Of a DNA stretch of 64,000 bases, positions 50,068-58,463 are shown one piece after another. The notes beneath the pieces were generated by a model that was not told the origin of the DNA, did no database searches, and worked only from the letters and a program-made list of their open reading frames with translations. Location: the NCBI GenBank assembly GCA_048882045.1, contig JBHLRZ010000016.1, forward strand, positions 1 to 64,000, in the 5' to 3' direction. This stretch comes from Candidatus Thorarchaeota archaeon. GTDB lineage: Archaea; Asgardarchaeota; Thorarchaeia; Thorarchaeales; Thorarchaeaceae. The first letter of the stretch is position 1. Each line of letters begins with the position of its first letter. The position numbers and the translations under genes are program-made.

Positions 50068-51194
50068 GTAATGCAGACTCCGAAGTCATAGAACTCATCG
50101 ACATAGTTCTGGAAACCTTGGCTGAAACGATCAACGAAGGAGAGTTCCCCGAAATCGGATACTTTGGTTCAAAAAAGAAGAATGTGTATTACTCTGAAAT
50201 TGAAGGGTATCTCCCAATCGAAGATACTCCATCATTCATTGATGGTCGGAAAGTAGAGAGTGCAAAGACCATCGCAGGTCTTGTCTATGGACTTACACGC
50301 TTCAAGGAACACCTCGAACAGAGGATGTCTATGAGCTTAAGAGACTTTTACTACATGCACAAGGTGAAGCGTGTGCAGGACATCCTCAGGATATCCAATC
50401 AGACCGAAACAAACCGTTTGATCAATCTGTGTGAGAGGATTATCAAACACAATGGATCTTCTGTACCAAGAGAGGAGTTCGGAGTTGTAAGCTCACCAAA
50501 GGGTACATTCTATGGTGATGTGACTCTCTCAGACCTTTCAGGTAAGAGATTGGCTTGTAATGCAACTGGTGAGTATGGATGGTTCATTTCATCCCGTCCG
50601 TTCGATGTTCAAATCCACGACATCAACATCGATGCAGCTGTATTTGTCGAGAAAGAAGCCATGGCAAGAAACTTGATCGAACTCGGACTTCCAGAACAAC
50701 TGAGTATAGGAGTTGGTTCTCTATTCGGTCAACCAGGGAGGAACATGAGGGCTTGGATTCGACGTTTGTCGGATAATGAGGTCCCCATCCTAGTCCTTGC
50801 AGACATGTCCCCCTGGTCTTTACGGATATTCTCGACCATCAAGAGCAATTCGATTGAACTGGCGAACATCAGAGGTCTCGCAACTCCTAAGGCACGACTA
50901 ATTGGTCTGACCACTAAGGACTTTTGGACAAAGAAGGGAATGCTCAACGGAATCGAGCATTCCCTTGAATCTATGAGTAGTTCTGACATCAAGTGTGCTA
51001 AACAGAACCAGAACATACCAGCAATTTGCCAAGACGTTTTTCTCAGAAAAGAGAATGACACTATGCTCAAGAAGAAAAGAAAAGGAGAACTTGAAGCCTT
51101 CAAAGCCTTTGGTTTACCACTTTCTGAATTGAAACAGTTGTATATTAGTTATCTAAGAGCAAAATCAGCAGACTATGATGTGAAACTGATATAA
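50064..51194 (+). CDS. top6A: DNA topoisomerase VI subunit A / Spo11-like, divergent
   Basis: SLRDFYY catalytic Tyr, VEKEA, GQP.R, KGELEA; TOPRIM DxD motif reads DMS. Confidence 0.85.
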   Translation: MSNADSEVIELIDIVLETLAETINEGEFPEIGYFGSKKKNVYYSEIEGYLPIEDTPSFIDGRKVESAKTIAGLVYGLTRFKEHLEQRMSMSLRDFYYMHKVKRVQDILRISNQTETNRLINLCERIIKHNGSSVPREEFGVVSSPKGTFYGDVTLSDLSGKRLACNATGEYGWFISSRPFDVQIHDINIDAAVFVEKEAMARNLIELGLPEQLSIGVGSLFGQPGRNMRAWIRRLSDNEVPILVLADMSPWSLRIFSTIKSNSIELANIRGLATPKARLIGLTTKDFWTKKGMLNGIEHSLESMSSSDIKCAKQNQNIPAICQDVFLRKENDTMLKKKRKGELEAFKAFGLPLSELKQLYISYLRAKSADYDVKLI

Positions 51195-51229
51195 AGGCCA
51201 GTTGTCTTCACACAGGATGAGGAGTCATT

Positions 51230-51868
51230 ATGACTGATCGGGAGAAGATGCTAGAGCTACTGAATGAATTTCAAAACTCGATTGTCAAACTCATGGATGA
51301 GAGAGACAAACTGAGTTCTGAGAGTGAAGAACTGAGAGCTTCTAAACGAGAAGCTGAGGAGAAGGCTTGGGCTGCAGAAGAAAAGGTCAAGGAACTCACG
51401 GACGATTTGGCTGCAGTAAAGGATGAAGCTGAAGACCTTAAAACAAAGGCAGTCGAAGCGGAGTCATCCAAAGGAGAGGCTGTTAGTGCACTCCAAGCTG
51501 AAAGAGATGAACTCCGGAAGGAGATGGATGAGATCCAAGAACAGCTTGGTAGAGTATCAGAACTCTATAGAGAAGCGTCAGCTGAAAAAGAGGCCCTCCA
51601 AGAAAAGGTTGATGTAAGTGACCTATTGGCTATATACATCACACTCATCGAGACAGTCTTCTACGGCAAACCGCATGCACGAATACTGTACACCTTGCAT
51701 GATGTAAAGACTGCCATTACGAGAAAGAACTTGGTTTCGAGTACGGGCATTCAACCTGCTGCAGTACTCAAAGCAGTTCATGACTTGGCAAATGCAGATC
51801 TGGTATCATATAATGATGAAACTCAAGAAGTAGAACTTACCAAGGATATCCTTCGCAGATCCGGATAA
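51230..51868 (+). CDS. Coiled-coil protein with C-terminal winged helix
   Basis: About 125 aa of heptads, then RILYTL...TRKNL...GI....V.KAV.DL...LV. Confidence 0.8.
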   Translation: MTDREKMLELLNEFQNSIVKLMDERDKLSSESEELRASKREAEEKAWAAEEKVKELTDDLAAVKDEAEDLKTKAVEAESSKGEAVSALQAERDELRKEMDEIQEQLGRVSELYREASAEKEALQEKVDVSDLLAIYITLIETVFYGKPHARILYTLHDVKTAITRKNLVSSTGIQPAAVLKAVHDLANADLVSYNDETQEVELTKDILRRSG

Positions 51869-51891
51869 TTTCAATCTGAGAGAGACAGCAA

Positions 51892-52896
51892 TTGGCTACA
51901 AAGACAACAATAGGACCCGCATTGCAGAAGTACATACGTAGATACACGCTTAATGACAAACTCAGCTCCATCACCTCCCTACTCGGTGACGAAACACAGA
52001 ATGTCATAGACTGGGCATATGAAGAGGCAAAGAGAAGGATTGCTGAAAATCCTGAGGAGAAGAAGAGGGATATTGGGAGAATAGTCTTTGATCTCATTGG
52101 CAATGAAGCTGCAATCGTTCTTGTGAAACAAAATCATGCAAAAGGAAGGTTGACGACTAAGAGTGAGGTCAAGTCAAAGACAGGACAAAAAGTCGAGATG
52201 CCAGTACTCTATCGTGATGCGGGATTGAGGCATCCACAAGAAGCTAGGAATCTTAGACACAATCTCTTCCACGAGGCATTTCATGCATTAATCATGCATC
52301 TATTTCCTGACGTTTCAACAAGTGTACCATCAACAGGAGAGGGGTTGACTCCAGACCTGATGATTGAACACAAAGACCCTGACTGGTTAATCTCGGTCGA
52401 ATACAAAGGTTATCGATCGATCACCCTTCTAAGCGAGTCGGAAGTTCTCAAGGGAATGAGGTATCAAGATGCATTCGGAACAGCATGGTTAGTGACTTCA
52501 TCCGCGAAGACTGTCAGGGATGTATACAAAAAAACGATTCATTCCAAAGAAATCGTAGAACGGGGAATAGAGAGATTACGAAGGATATACAAACGGCAAG
52601 CCTTCACAAGTGAGCAGAAGGAGAATAGAGGAATTGCAAGGAAAGGAATCAGTCACCTTGAGAAACACAAGGACCTAGACTTGAAATGCCGCCTCTGGAC
52701 TGCAGAAGAACTCCTTGAATCGATGAAGGACGGAAAACCTGTAAAGGGGCTAATCATCTCAAGTGGATTCGAATTCATCAAACTACTCAAGGATGCAGGA
52801 CTCGAGGAAGAAGCCGATAATGTTCTGCGCGTGATGAAACTTCCAACATCATCTTTACACAGTGACAAGGTGACTTCTGTCCGATTGATAGGATAA
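51892..52896 (+). CDS. PD-(D/E)XK nuclease-fold protein
   Basis: TPDLMIE...ISVEYKG, later AWLVTS. Confidence 0.65.
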   Translation: MATKTTIGPALQKYIRRYTLNDKLSSITSLLGDETQNVIDWAYEEAKRRIAENPEEKKRDIGRIVFDLIGNEAAIVLVKQNHAKGRLTTKSEVKSKTGQKVEMPVLYRDAGLRHPQEARNLRHNLFHEAFHALIMHLFPDVSTSVPSTGEGLTPDLMIEHKDPDWLISVEYKGYRSITLLSESEVLKGMRYQDAFGTAWLVTSSAKTVRDVYKKTIHSKEIVERGIERLRRIYKRQAFTSEQKENRGIARKGISHLEKHKDLDLKCRLWTAEELLESMKDGKPVKGLIISSGFEFIKLLKDAGLEEEADNVLRVMKLPTSSLHSDKVTSVRLIG

Positions 52897-52999
52897 TTGA
52901 CTAAAAACAGGTCTAGGGATGGTGCTCCCAAGCTTTATCAATGCCTTGCGTGAAAGCCATACTGTCCCTGATTAAAACAGGGCATGAGGGATTCGACAG

Positions 53000-53398
53000 T
53001 TGACGGACTCAAGTCAGAGTATCATGAAGCTTCAAGAGCAGCTAAGCGACCTTCTTAGAGCACTATCAAGTAGATCCCCCATTCTTGGAGCTGCTGTATT
53101 TTCAATAGAGGGACTTCCATTAGTCAGCAGGTTTCATGGTGGCACTGAGGAAGCTTCCATAGCAGCTATAGTGGCCGCAATCCATGCTGCCGGTGAGCAG
53201 ACTGTCAAAGAACTACGGCAAGGAGAACTCAAATCAATCATAATTCAGGGAGACCTAGGAACAACTCTTGTAATTTCAATATCATCAGACTATCTTCTAA
53301 CTGTTACAGCCCCGGATAATGCCAAACTCGGACTTATCTTCAGTGATGCAAAGAAAGCAGGGAGAGATGCTAGGAAGATTCTCCATCAGGCAATTTGA
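53000..53398 (+). CDS. Roadblock/LC7 domain protein
   Basis: AAVFSIEGLPLVS, IAAIVAAI...GE, ELRQGEL..IIIQG..G, AKLGLIF. Confidence 0.92.
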   Translation: MTDSSQSIMKLQEQLSDLLRALSSRSPILGAAVFSIEGLPLVSRFHGGTEEASIAAIVAAIHAAGEQTVKELRQGELKSIIIQGDLGTTLVISISSDYLLTVTAPDNAKLGLIFSDAKKAGRDARKILHQAI

Positions 53399-53404
53399 TT
53401 TACG

Positions 53405-54235
53405 ATGTCGATTCTCAATAAACTCTACATTGACAAGCATCCGTGTTTTTCCAATCGGAGAGAGACCCTCTGGCATCGAATACACCTACCTGTGGCTCCC
53501 AATTGTAATGTCAAATGTGCATTTTGCTCCCATTTAATAGGTTCCTCCTGCCACACCTCAAAGCCGGGATTTTCGAGCCAGCTCATGTCTCCAGAAGTCG
53601 CAGCTTCACGAGCTTTGTTGGAGATTAATCTCGATCCAAGAATCAGCATAGTTGCAGTGTCAGGACCCGGTGAACCTCTAGCTAATTCTGAAACATTTGA
53701 AACATTTGAACTAATTAGAGAACGAACACGTGACATCCACTTTTGCCTCAGCACTAATGGAACATTATTGTCAGAAAAAGTACAATGGCTTAGAATGATG
53801 GGGTTCAAGACATTAACCGTATCGATGAGTACAGCGAACCCATCCACAGCTTCAAGAATCTATGAATGGGCTGTTATTTCAGAGAAGAGAATGACAGGAG
53901 AAAGGATGGGTCAAATCATCGTCGATTCGCAGCTTCGAGGTATTTCTGATGCTGCTAATGCTGGACTGACTGTCAAGGTGAATACTATTCTCATTCCTGG
54001 TTTTAATCAAGAGGATATCATCGATTTAGCTGAATCTGTGTCAGATGCTGGAGCTGCAATTCAGAACATTGTACCTCTGGTACCGAATGACAGACTTTCT
54101 TCTTTATTGTCTCCAAGCAAAGAAGCAATTGAGGAAGCGAGGAAGCAAGCAGCAGAGCATATTAAGCAATTCAGACATTGCAAACAATGTAGGAGCGACG
54201 TAGTTGGTCTACCTGGTTGCGATGTCATTTTGTGA
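53405..54235 (+). CDS. NifB-like single-domain radical SAM protein
   Basis: HPCF, RIHLPVAPNCNVKCAFC, SGPGEPL, FCLSTNG, KVNT.LIPG.N, CKQCRSDVVG. Confidence 0.85.
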   Translation: MSILNKLYIDKHPCFSNRRETLWHRIHLPVAPNCNVKCAFCSHLIGSSCHTSKPGFSSQLMSPEVAASRALLEINLDPRISIVAVSGPGEPLANSETFETFELIRERTRDIHFCLSTNGTLLSEKVQWLRMMGFKTLTVSMSTANPSTASRIYEWAVISEKRMTGERMGQIIVDSQLRGISDAANAGLTVKVNTILIPGFNQEDIIDLAESVSDAGAAIQNIVPLVPNDRLSSLLSPSKEAIEEARKQAAEHIKQFRHCKQCRSDVVGLPGCDVIL

Positions 54236-54238
54236 ATA

Positions 54239-55057
54239 CTACTGAATACTGAGACACCCTTCTTCGACCAATTTGTTGATGATGAACCACATCGCTCGTG
54301 GATCATACTTGAGTGATTCAAGGACCGCTCTAACTTTCTTGGTGCCATCGAACTCTTTTAGGATATCATCCAAAGGTTTTCCATATTGAGCCCTCAATTT
54401 TTTGAGTTTCATTTCAGGACAGTCTTTCCTGACCAGAATGTTATCCTCAGTCAATCGAGCCTTGAATTCAATCCAATTGTACCGAGTAAGGATGGAGATC
54501 AGAGCTAGGACTTTTTCATCTGGAAATCCAATAAGATCCATTATCTCAGCTACGGTTCGTTTTCCATTGATGAACGATTCTACTTGCTCCAAATCGTGAT
54601 CAACAGAACCTACCCTGAAGGGGATCCGAATTCCATTCTTTGATTGGATTGGCACAAGATCAAGATCTGCTGTGGAGAATGGGAATTCTTGAACAACTGT
54701 AAGAGCAGATTCTCTGAATCTGCGAACATCTCCCTCAAAGTGTCGAAGTTTTTCCCCATGATCAACCTCAACCTGACTTAGAATTCGTTTGAGCTTTTCA
54801 CGGTACGGCGACTCGTCTGCGACTGGATCCACAACTAGCAAAACAAGTATATTCTCACCAACCTCGATTAAGATATCATATGCGGCCTTTCTGATTGTCC
54901 GTATTGGGGTCTTAGCAAAAATGATGACCGCTGTAACAAAGCCTGCAATCAGATCTGGATCGACAGTGAGCTCAGCATATGGAATGTTGAGAACAGACTC
55001 TCCTCCTTCCATTCGAATCAATGAGATGTATCGGACCTTAGAAACGTCTAGAGCCAT
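54239..55057 (-). CDS. Longin plus tandem winged-helix protein (NPRL2/3-like), paralog 2
   Basis: DPDLIAGFVTAV longin helix; FINGKRTVAEI and FDGTKKV wHTH repeats. Confidence 0.72.
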   Translation of the reverse strand: MALDVSKVRYISLIRMEGGESVLNIPYAELTVDPDLIAGFVTAVIIFAKTPIRTIRKAAYDILIEVGENILVLLVVDPVADESPYREKLKRILSQVEVDHGEKLRHFEGDVRRFRESALTVVQEFPFSTADLDLVPIQSKNGIRIPFRVGSVDHDLEQVESFINGKRTVAEIMDLIGFPDEKVLALISILTRYNWIEFKARLTEDNILVRKDCPEMKLKKLRAQYGKPLDDILKEFDGTKKVRAVLESLKYDPRAMWFIINKLVEEGCLSIQ

Positions 55058-55060
55058 CTA

Positions 55061-55957
55061 TCATCCCTCCACATCTTTGACTGAGGATACAGTCTTTGAG
55101 TCACTATATCCCAAGACTCCTGCATCAATCAGGTTGTTTGCTACGAGACGAACAGCCTCCATATTGAACGGGAGAAGTTCACATATTTCTGCGAGCGTGC
55201 GAGTTCCATTAATCTGTTCAACAAGTTTGGTAAGTTGTTCACCATACACTCCCTTTAGGAAGAGTGGAGGATCCATGATCTTGACCAATACTGAGTTATC
55301 CTCAAGTTTTCTGGTGAAGGAAATCCATTTGTATTTGTCAAGCATCGATAGAATAGCAATCACTTCATCATCTTCCAGGCTCGATTGCTTCATTATATCC
55401 TCTATTGTACGTTTCCCATTAATGAAACCCACAAGAATTTGGAGTTTTTCATCAGTTTCACCCACCGACCAGGGAATATTGGCATGAAGATCAGGCGTTG
55501 CTTCTGATTTTGCCACCATTTTAGGAATCATCTCGAGGGCGAAATTCCTGTAAGGATATGCCCGAAGTATTTCGAGAGCATATTCTCGAAATGGACGAAT
55601 ATCACCCTTCCAGGCTTCTAGGAGAGGTTGATGTGTCGATTCGAAATGTTTGACTATTTTGATCAAGTTGTTTCTGTAGGGATCGTCATCTTCCACCTTA
55701 TCTACAATGAGTAGTCCGACGACATAATCACCCTCTTCGATGACTACCGTATAGCCTTCTTTCGTGAATGTCCTCAATTGTCTGTTTTCAAAAATGATTA
55801 CTGCTAGAACGAAGCTTGCAACAAGGTCGGGGTCTACACTCATCTCTCTATAGGGGATACCTATGATTGGTTCTCCTCCTTCTTTTCGAACGAGAGAGAT
55901 ATAACGGACTTCTGCCTTCTCTATGCCAGATTCGTTCACACCATCTTTCAGAAACAA
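55061..55957 (-). CDS. Longin plus tandem winged-helix protein (NPRL2/3-like), paralog 1
   Basis: DPDLVASFVLAV; FINGKRTIEDI and INGTRTLAEI wHTH repeats. Confidence 0.72.
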   Translation of the reverse strand: MFLKDGVNESGIEKAEVRYISLVRKEGGEPIIGIPYREMSVDPDLVASFVLAVIIFENRQLRTFTKEGYTVVIEEGDYVVGLLIVDKVEDDDPYRNNLIKIVKHFESTHQPLLEAWKGDIRPFREYALEILRAYPYRNFALEMIPKMVAKSEATPDLHANIPWSVGETDEKLQILVGFINGKRTIEDIMKQSSLEDDEVIAILSMLDKYKWISFTRKLEDNSVLVKIMDPPLFLKGVYGEQLTKLVEQINGTRTLAEICELLPFNMEAVRLVANNLIDAGVLGYSDSKTVSSVKDVEG

Positions 55958-55973
55958 GTGCCTAAATAAGTTA

Positions 55974-56867
55974 TCAGAGGAAATCCATCAAGCCAGATTG
56001 TGTTACCATGGTAATATCCTCATCATAATCCAAGCTATATCCTATCACCTGTTTCAGATCAATAACCGTATATGAGCTCCCCAGACTAGTGACTAAGAGT
56101 GACCCCTTCATTCCTACAACCTCGCCCAACAGTGGACTGTCATCAATCTTGGCTGTTCTTGATTTCCAAGGATTCGGTTGTGTATCAACACTCGAAAGAG
56201 AGTAGTATTTAGATAGATCTTCGAGTTCAACAGTATTTCCGAGCTCACCATCTTCTATCTCCAAAAGGAAATCTTCTACAATAGATTGAGCATTATCAAT
56301 CTCTATTTTGTCAAGAAGACCTCGTATCTTTCTCTCCCCTCGAACCTGCTTTGCAGCTTTTGGGTTCTTTCCAAGGCGATCTTCGATTCTTCGCGCATCT
56401 ATACCGCCTTCAACTAAACGGAGGGTTCCACCATAATCGGCCCCCTGCTCGACCCATCTTGTACGTACTCTCTTCTCTGAAGATACGCCAATCTTGAGTG
56501 TTTCATCATTGAATACGACAAGATAGATTGCATAATCTGTGCCATCACATTGAGCCCGTCTCTCAGAAGATGCCATGCAGTTTCTACCATCACATCGGAT
56601 ACATGGGTCCACAAAATCCATGGCGGAACAAGGACCACATCGTAGTGTTCCGCGTTGTAGAATAACAGAATCTTCAGGGCAACGGACTGATTGCAATGAG
56701 GAGTCAACACTTCCAATACATCGTCGAGGCCCACGGAACACCCAGCTGACTTTCTCCCCAGGGACAACAGGAATAAACTCTGGAGTATCACTATCGTTCC
56801 AGACTCGCAAGCCTGAGAGGAATGACCCATCATCTTGAGCCTTCCATGATATTCCCATAACCTGCAT
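55974..56867 (-). CDS. DUF2797 family protein
   Basis: RRCIG, CxxC pairs, YL......KIGVS...RW.EQGA, AR.IE, G.KG; start re-assigned to 56867. Confidence 0.8.
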   Translation of the reverse strand: MQVMGISWKAQDDGSFLSGLRVWNDSDTPEFIPVVPGEKVSWVFRGPRRCIGSVDSSLQSVRCPEDSVILQRGTLRCGPCSAMDFVDPCIRCDGRNCMASSERRAQCDGTDYAIYLVVFNDETLKIGVSSEKRVRTRWVEQGADYGGTLRLVEGGIDARRIEDRLGKNPKAAKQVRGERKIRGLLDKIEIDNAQSIVEDFLLEIEDGELGNTVELEDLSKYYSLSSVDTQPNPWKSRTAKIDDSPLLGEVVGMKGSLLVTSLGSSYTVIDLKQVIGYSLDYDEDITMVTQSGLMDFL

Positions 56868-56877
56868 GAGATTTGCC

Positions 56878-57924
56878 TCAGAATCGTTTGAACTGTCCTT
56901 TTCCTCGTACCATCCACTGGACACCTTTAATGTTCAAATCTTTCTTACATTTTGGACAGGTACCATCAGAGTCAAGATTGTTGCTACTGAGATATACTGA
57001 ATATCTTTCGACAGCTTTGAAACCACATTCCGGGCAGTACGTATTCTCATAGTCGTGACCTGCAACGTTTCCCGAATAGACAAAGACAAGTCCAGCGTCC
57101 TTCGCAACCTCGATATGCCTCTCCAATGTAGAAGCAGGTGTACGAGGTAAGTGCTTCATTTTGTAGGTTGGAGCGAATGCAGTAAGGTGGAAGGGGGTGA
57201 GTTCTCCTAAGTTCTGAACAACCCATTCAGCAAGATACTTGGTATCCTCCAAAGAGTCACCTACTTCTGGAATGATCAGATTCGTAATCTCGATGAAGAT
57301 GTTTCTTTCTTTCATAGCTTTCATTGAGGCATAAATAGGATCAACCTTGGGAACGGACATCAAGTCTTTGTAGAACTTTTTATTGCCACTACCCTTGAAG
57401 TTGATAGATGCCGCATCTAGATATGGTGCTATCATGTCCACAGCATCTATGGTCATGTAGCCGTTGGTTACGAATGTGTTGAACATTCCTTTCTCGTGAG
57501 CAATCTTGGCGGTGTCGTATGCCAATTCATAGAAGACAGTAGGTTCAGTGTATGTGTACGTGATTCCACTACAGTCATATTTCTCTGCGAGAATTACGAT
57601 ATCCTCGGGACTCACATATTGTCCAACTGGGATTTCTCTGTGGGCGGAATGATAGTTTAGGCAGAATTGACAACGAAAATTACAGGAAGAGGTGCTAATT
57701 GAGAAAGCCGAACTTCCAGGAGCGAAATGGAAGAGTGGTTTCTTCTCGATGGGATCAGCCGCCATTCCGTCAATCAATCCATAGACTGTTGTATAGAGAT
57801 TGTTATCCTTTGCCACTCTAACCCTACAGAATCCAGTTTCACCATCATGGATTACACATCTTCTAGCACATAGGTCACATCTGATACCCTGTTTAAGGTT
57901 GGAGTAAAGCAGCGCCTCTTTCAT
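56878..57924 (-). CDS. amrS: AmmeMemoRadiSam radical SAM enzyme
   Basis: CDLCARRC, GFCRVR, DPIEKKPLFHF, CNFRCQFC, YTYTEP, TYCPECG. Confidence 0.93.
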   Translation of the reverse strand: MKEALLYSNLKQGIRCDLCARRCVIHDGETGFCRVRVAKDNNLYTTVYGLIDGMAADPIEKKPLFHFAPGSSAFSISTSSCNFRCQFCLNYHSAHREIPVGQYVSPEDIVILAEKYDCSGITYTYTEPTVFYELAYDTAKIAHEKGMFNTFVTNGYMTIDAVDMIAPYLDAASINFKGSGNKKFYKDLMSVPKVDPIYASMKAMKERNIFIEITNLIIPEVGDSLEDTKYLAEWVVQNLGELTPFHLTAFAPTYKMKHLPRTPASTLERHIEVAKDAGLVFVYSGNVAGHDYENTYCPECGFKAVERYSVYLSSNNLDSDGTCPKCKKDLNIKGVQWMVRGKGQFKRF

Positions 57925-58022
57925 CGTGATTCTCTCCTCGTTTGAATTCTTATGCGTGTTCCGGTGTGTTTCTCGTAATCAGAATTATAAGAAAAAGTTG
58001 AGAGAATCCTTTTGATATCACT

Positions 58023-58463
58023 ATGCCAGATCCTAAGGAGCTGAAACGAATAGACGGTCTCTTCAATCTTGCATCAGCACGCAGTAGACCGTTTCTCGAT
58101 CAATGCTCCGAAGCAAAGTATCTAGCTGTTAGGGACTACAATCGGGCGGCTGATGAAACTCTGAAACTTGCTATGCAGACTCTCAAGTTCGCAGGAGCTA
58201 ATAGTCCAGCTCTCACAGGAGAATTTTCAGAGATTAGATCAGCTGTGAAAGCAGGTCAACTTGATACAGACTTCATTAAGCAACTGTCAACTCTTCGTAC
58301 AAAATACATCAAGCAAGTTCTCAGACCTGCGGTCAAAACATACCTCAGTAATGAAGATTTCAAAACATCGGATCTTGACTCGTACTATGAAAGCGCTCTG
58401 AGAATAGATGGACTATTAGAGGTGGTTCAGTTTCTTAAGCGAATTAGACCAGATTCATTCTGA
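58023..58463 (+). CDS. Hypothetical helical protein
   Basis: 146 aa ORF with an upstream TTATAA box. Confidence 0.7.
   Translation: MPDPKELKRIDGLFNLASARSRPFLDQCSEAKYLAVRDYNRAADETLKLAMQTLKFAGANSPALTGEFSEIRSAVKAGQLDTDFIKQLSTLRTKYIKQVLRPAVKTYLSNEDFKTSDLDSYYESALRIDGLLEVVQFLKRIRPDSF

Noticed and set aside
51892-52896. Zincin protease suggested by HEAFH
   Set aside because: The motif lies in the helix preceding the PD...ExK core and no other zincin features are visible
53405-54235. Evidence for nitrogen fixation
   Set aside because: No nifHDKEN genes in the window, and several NifB signature motifs are altered
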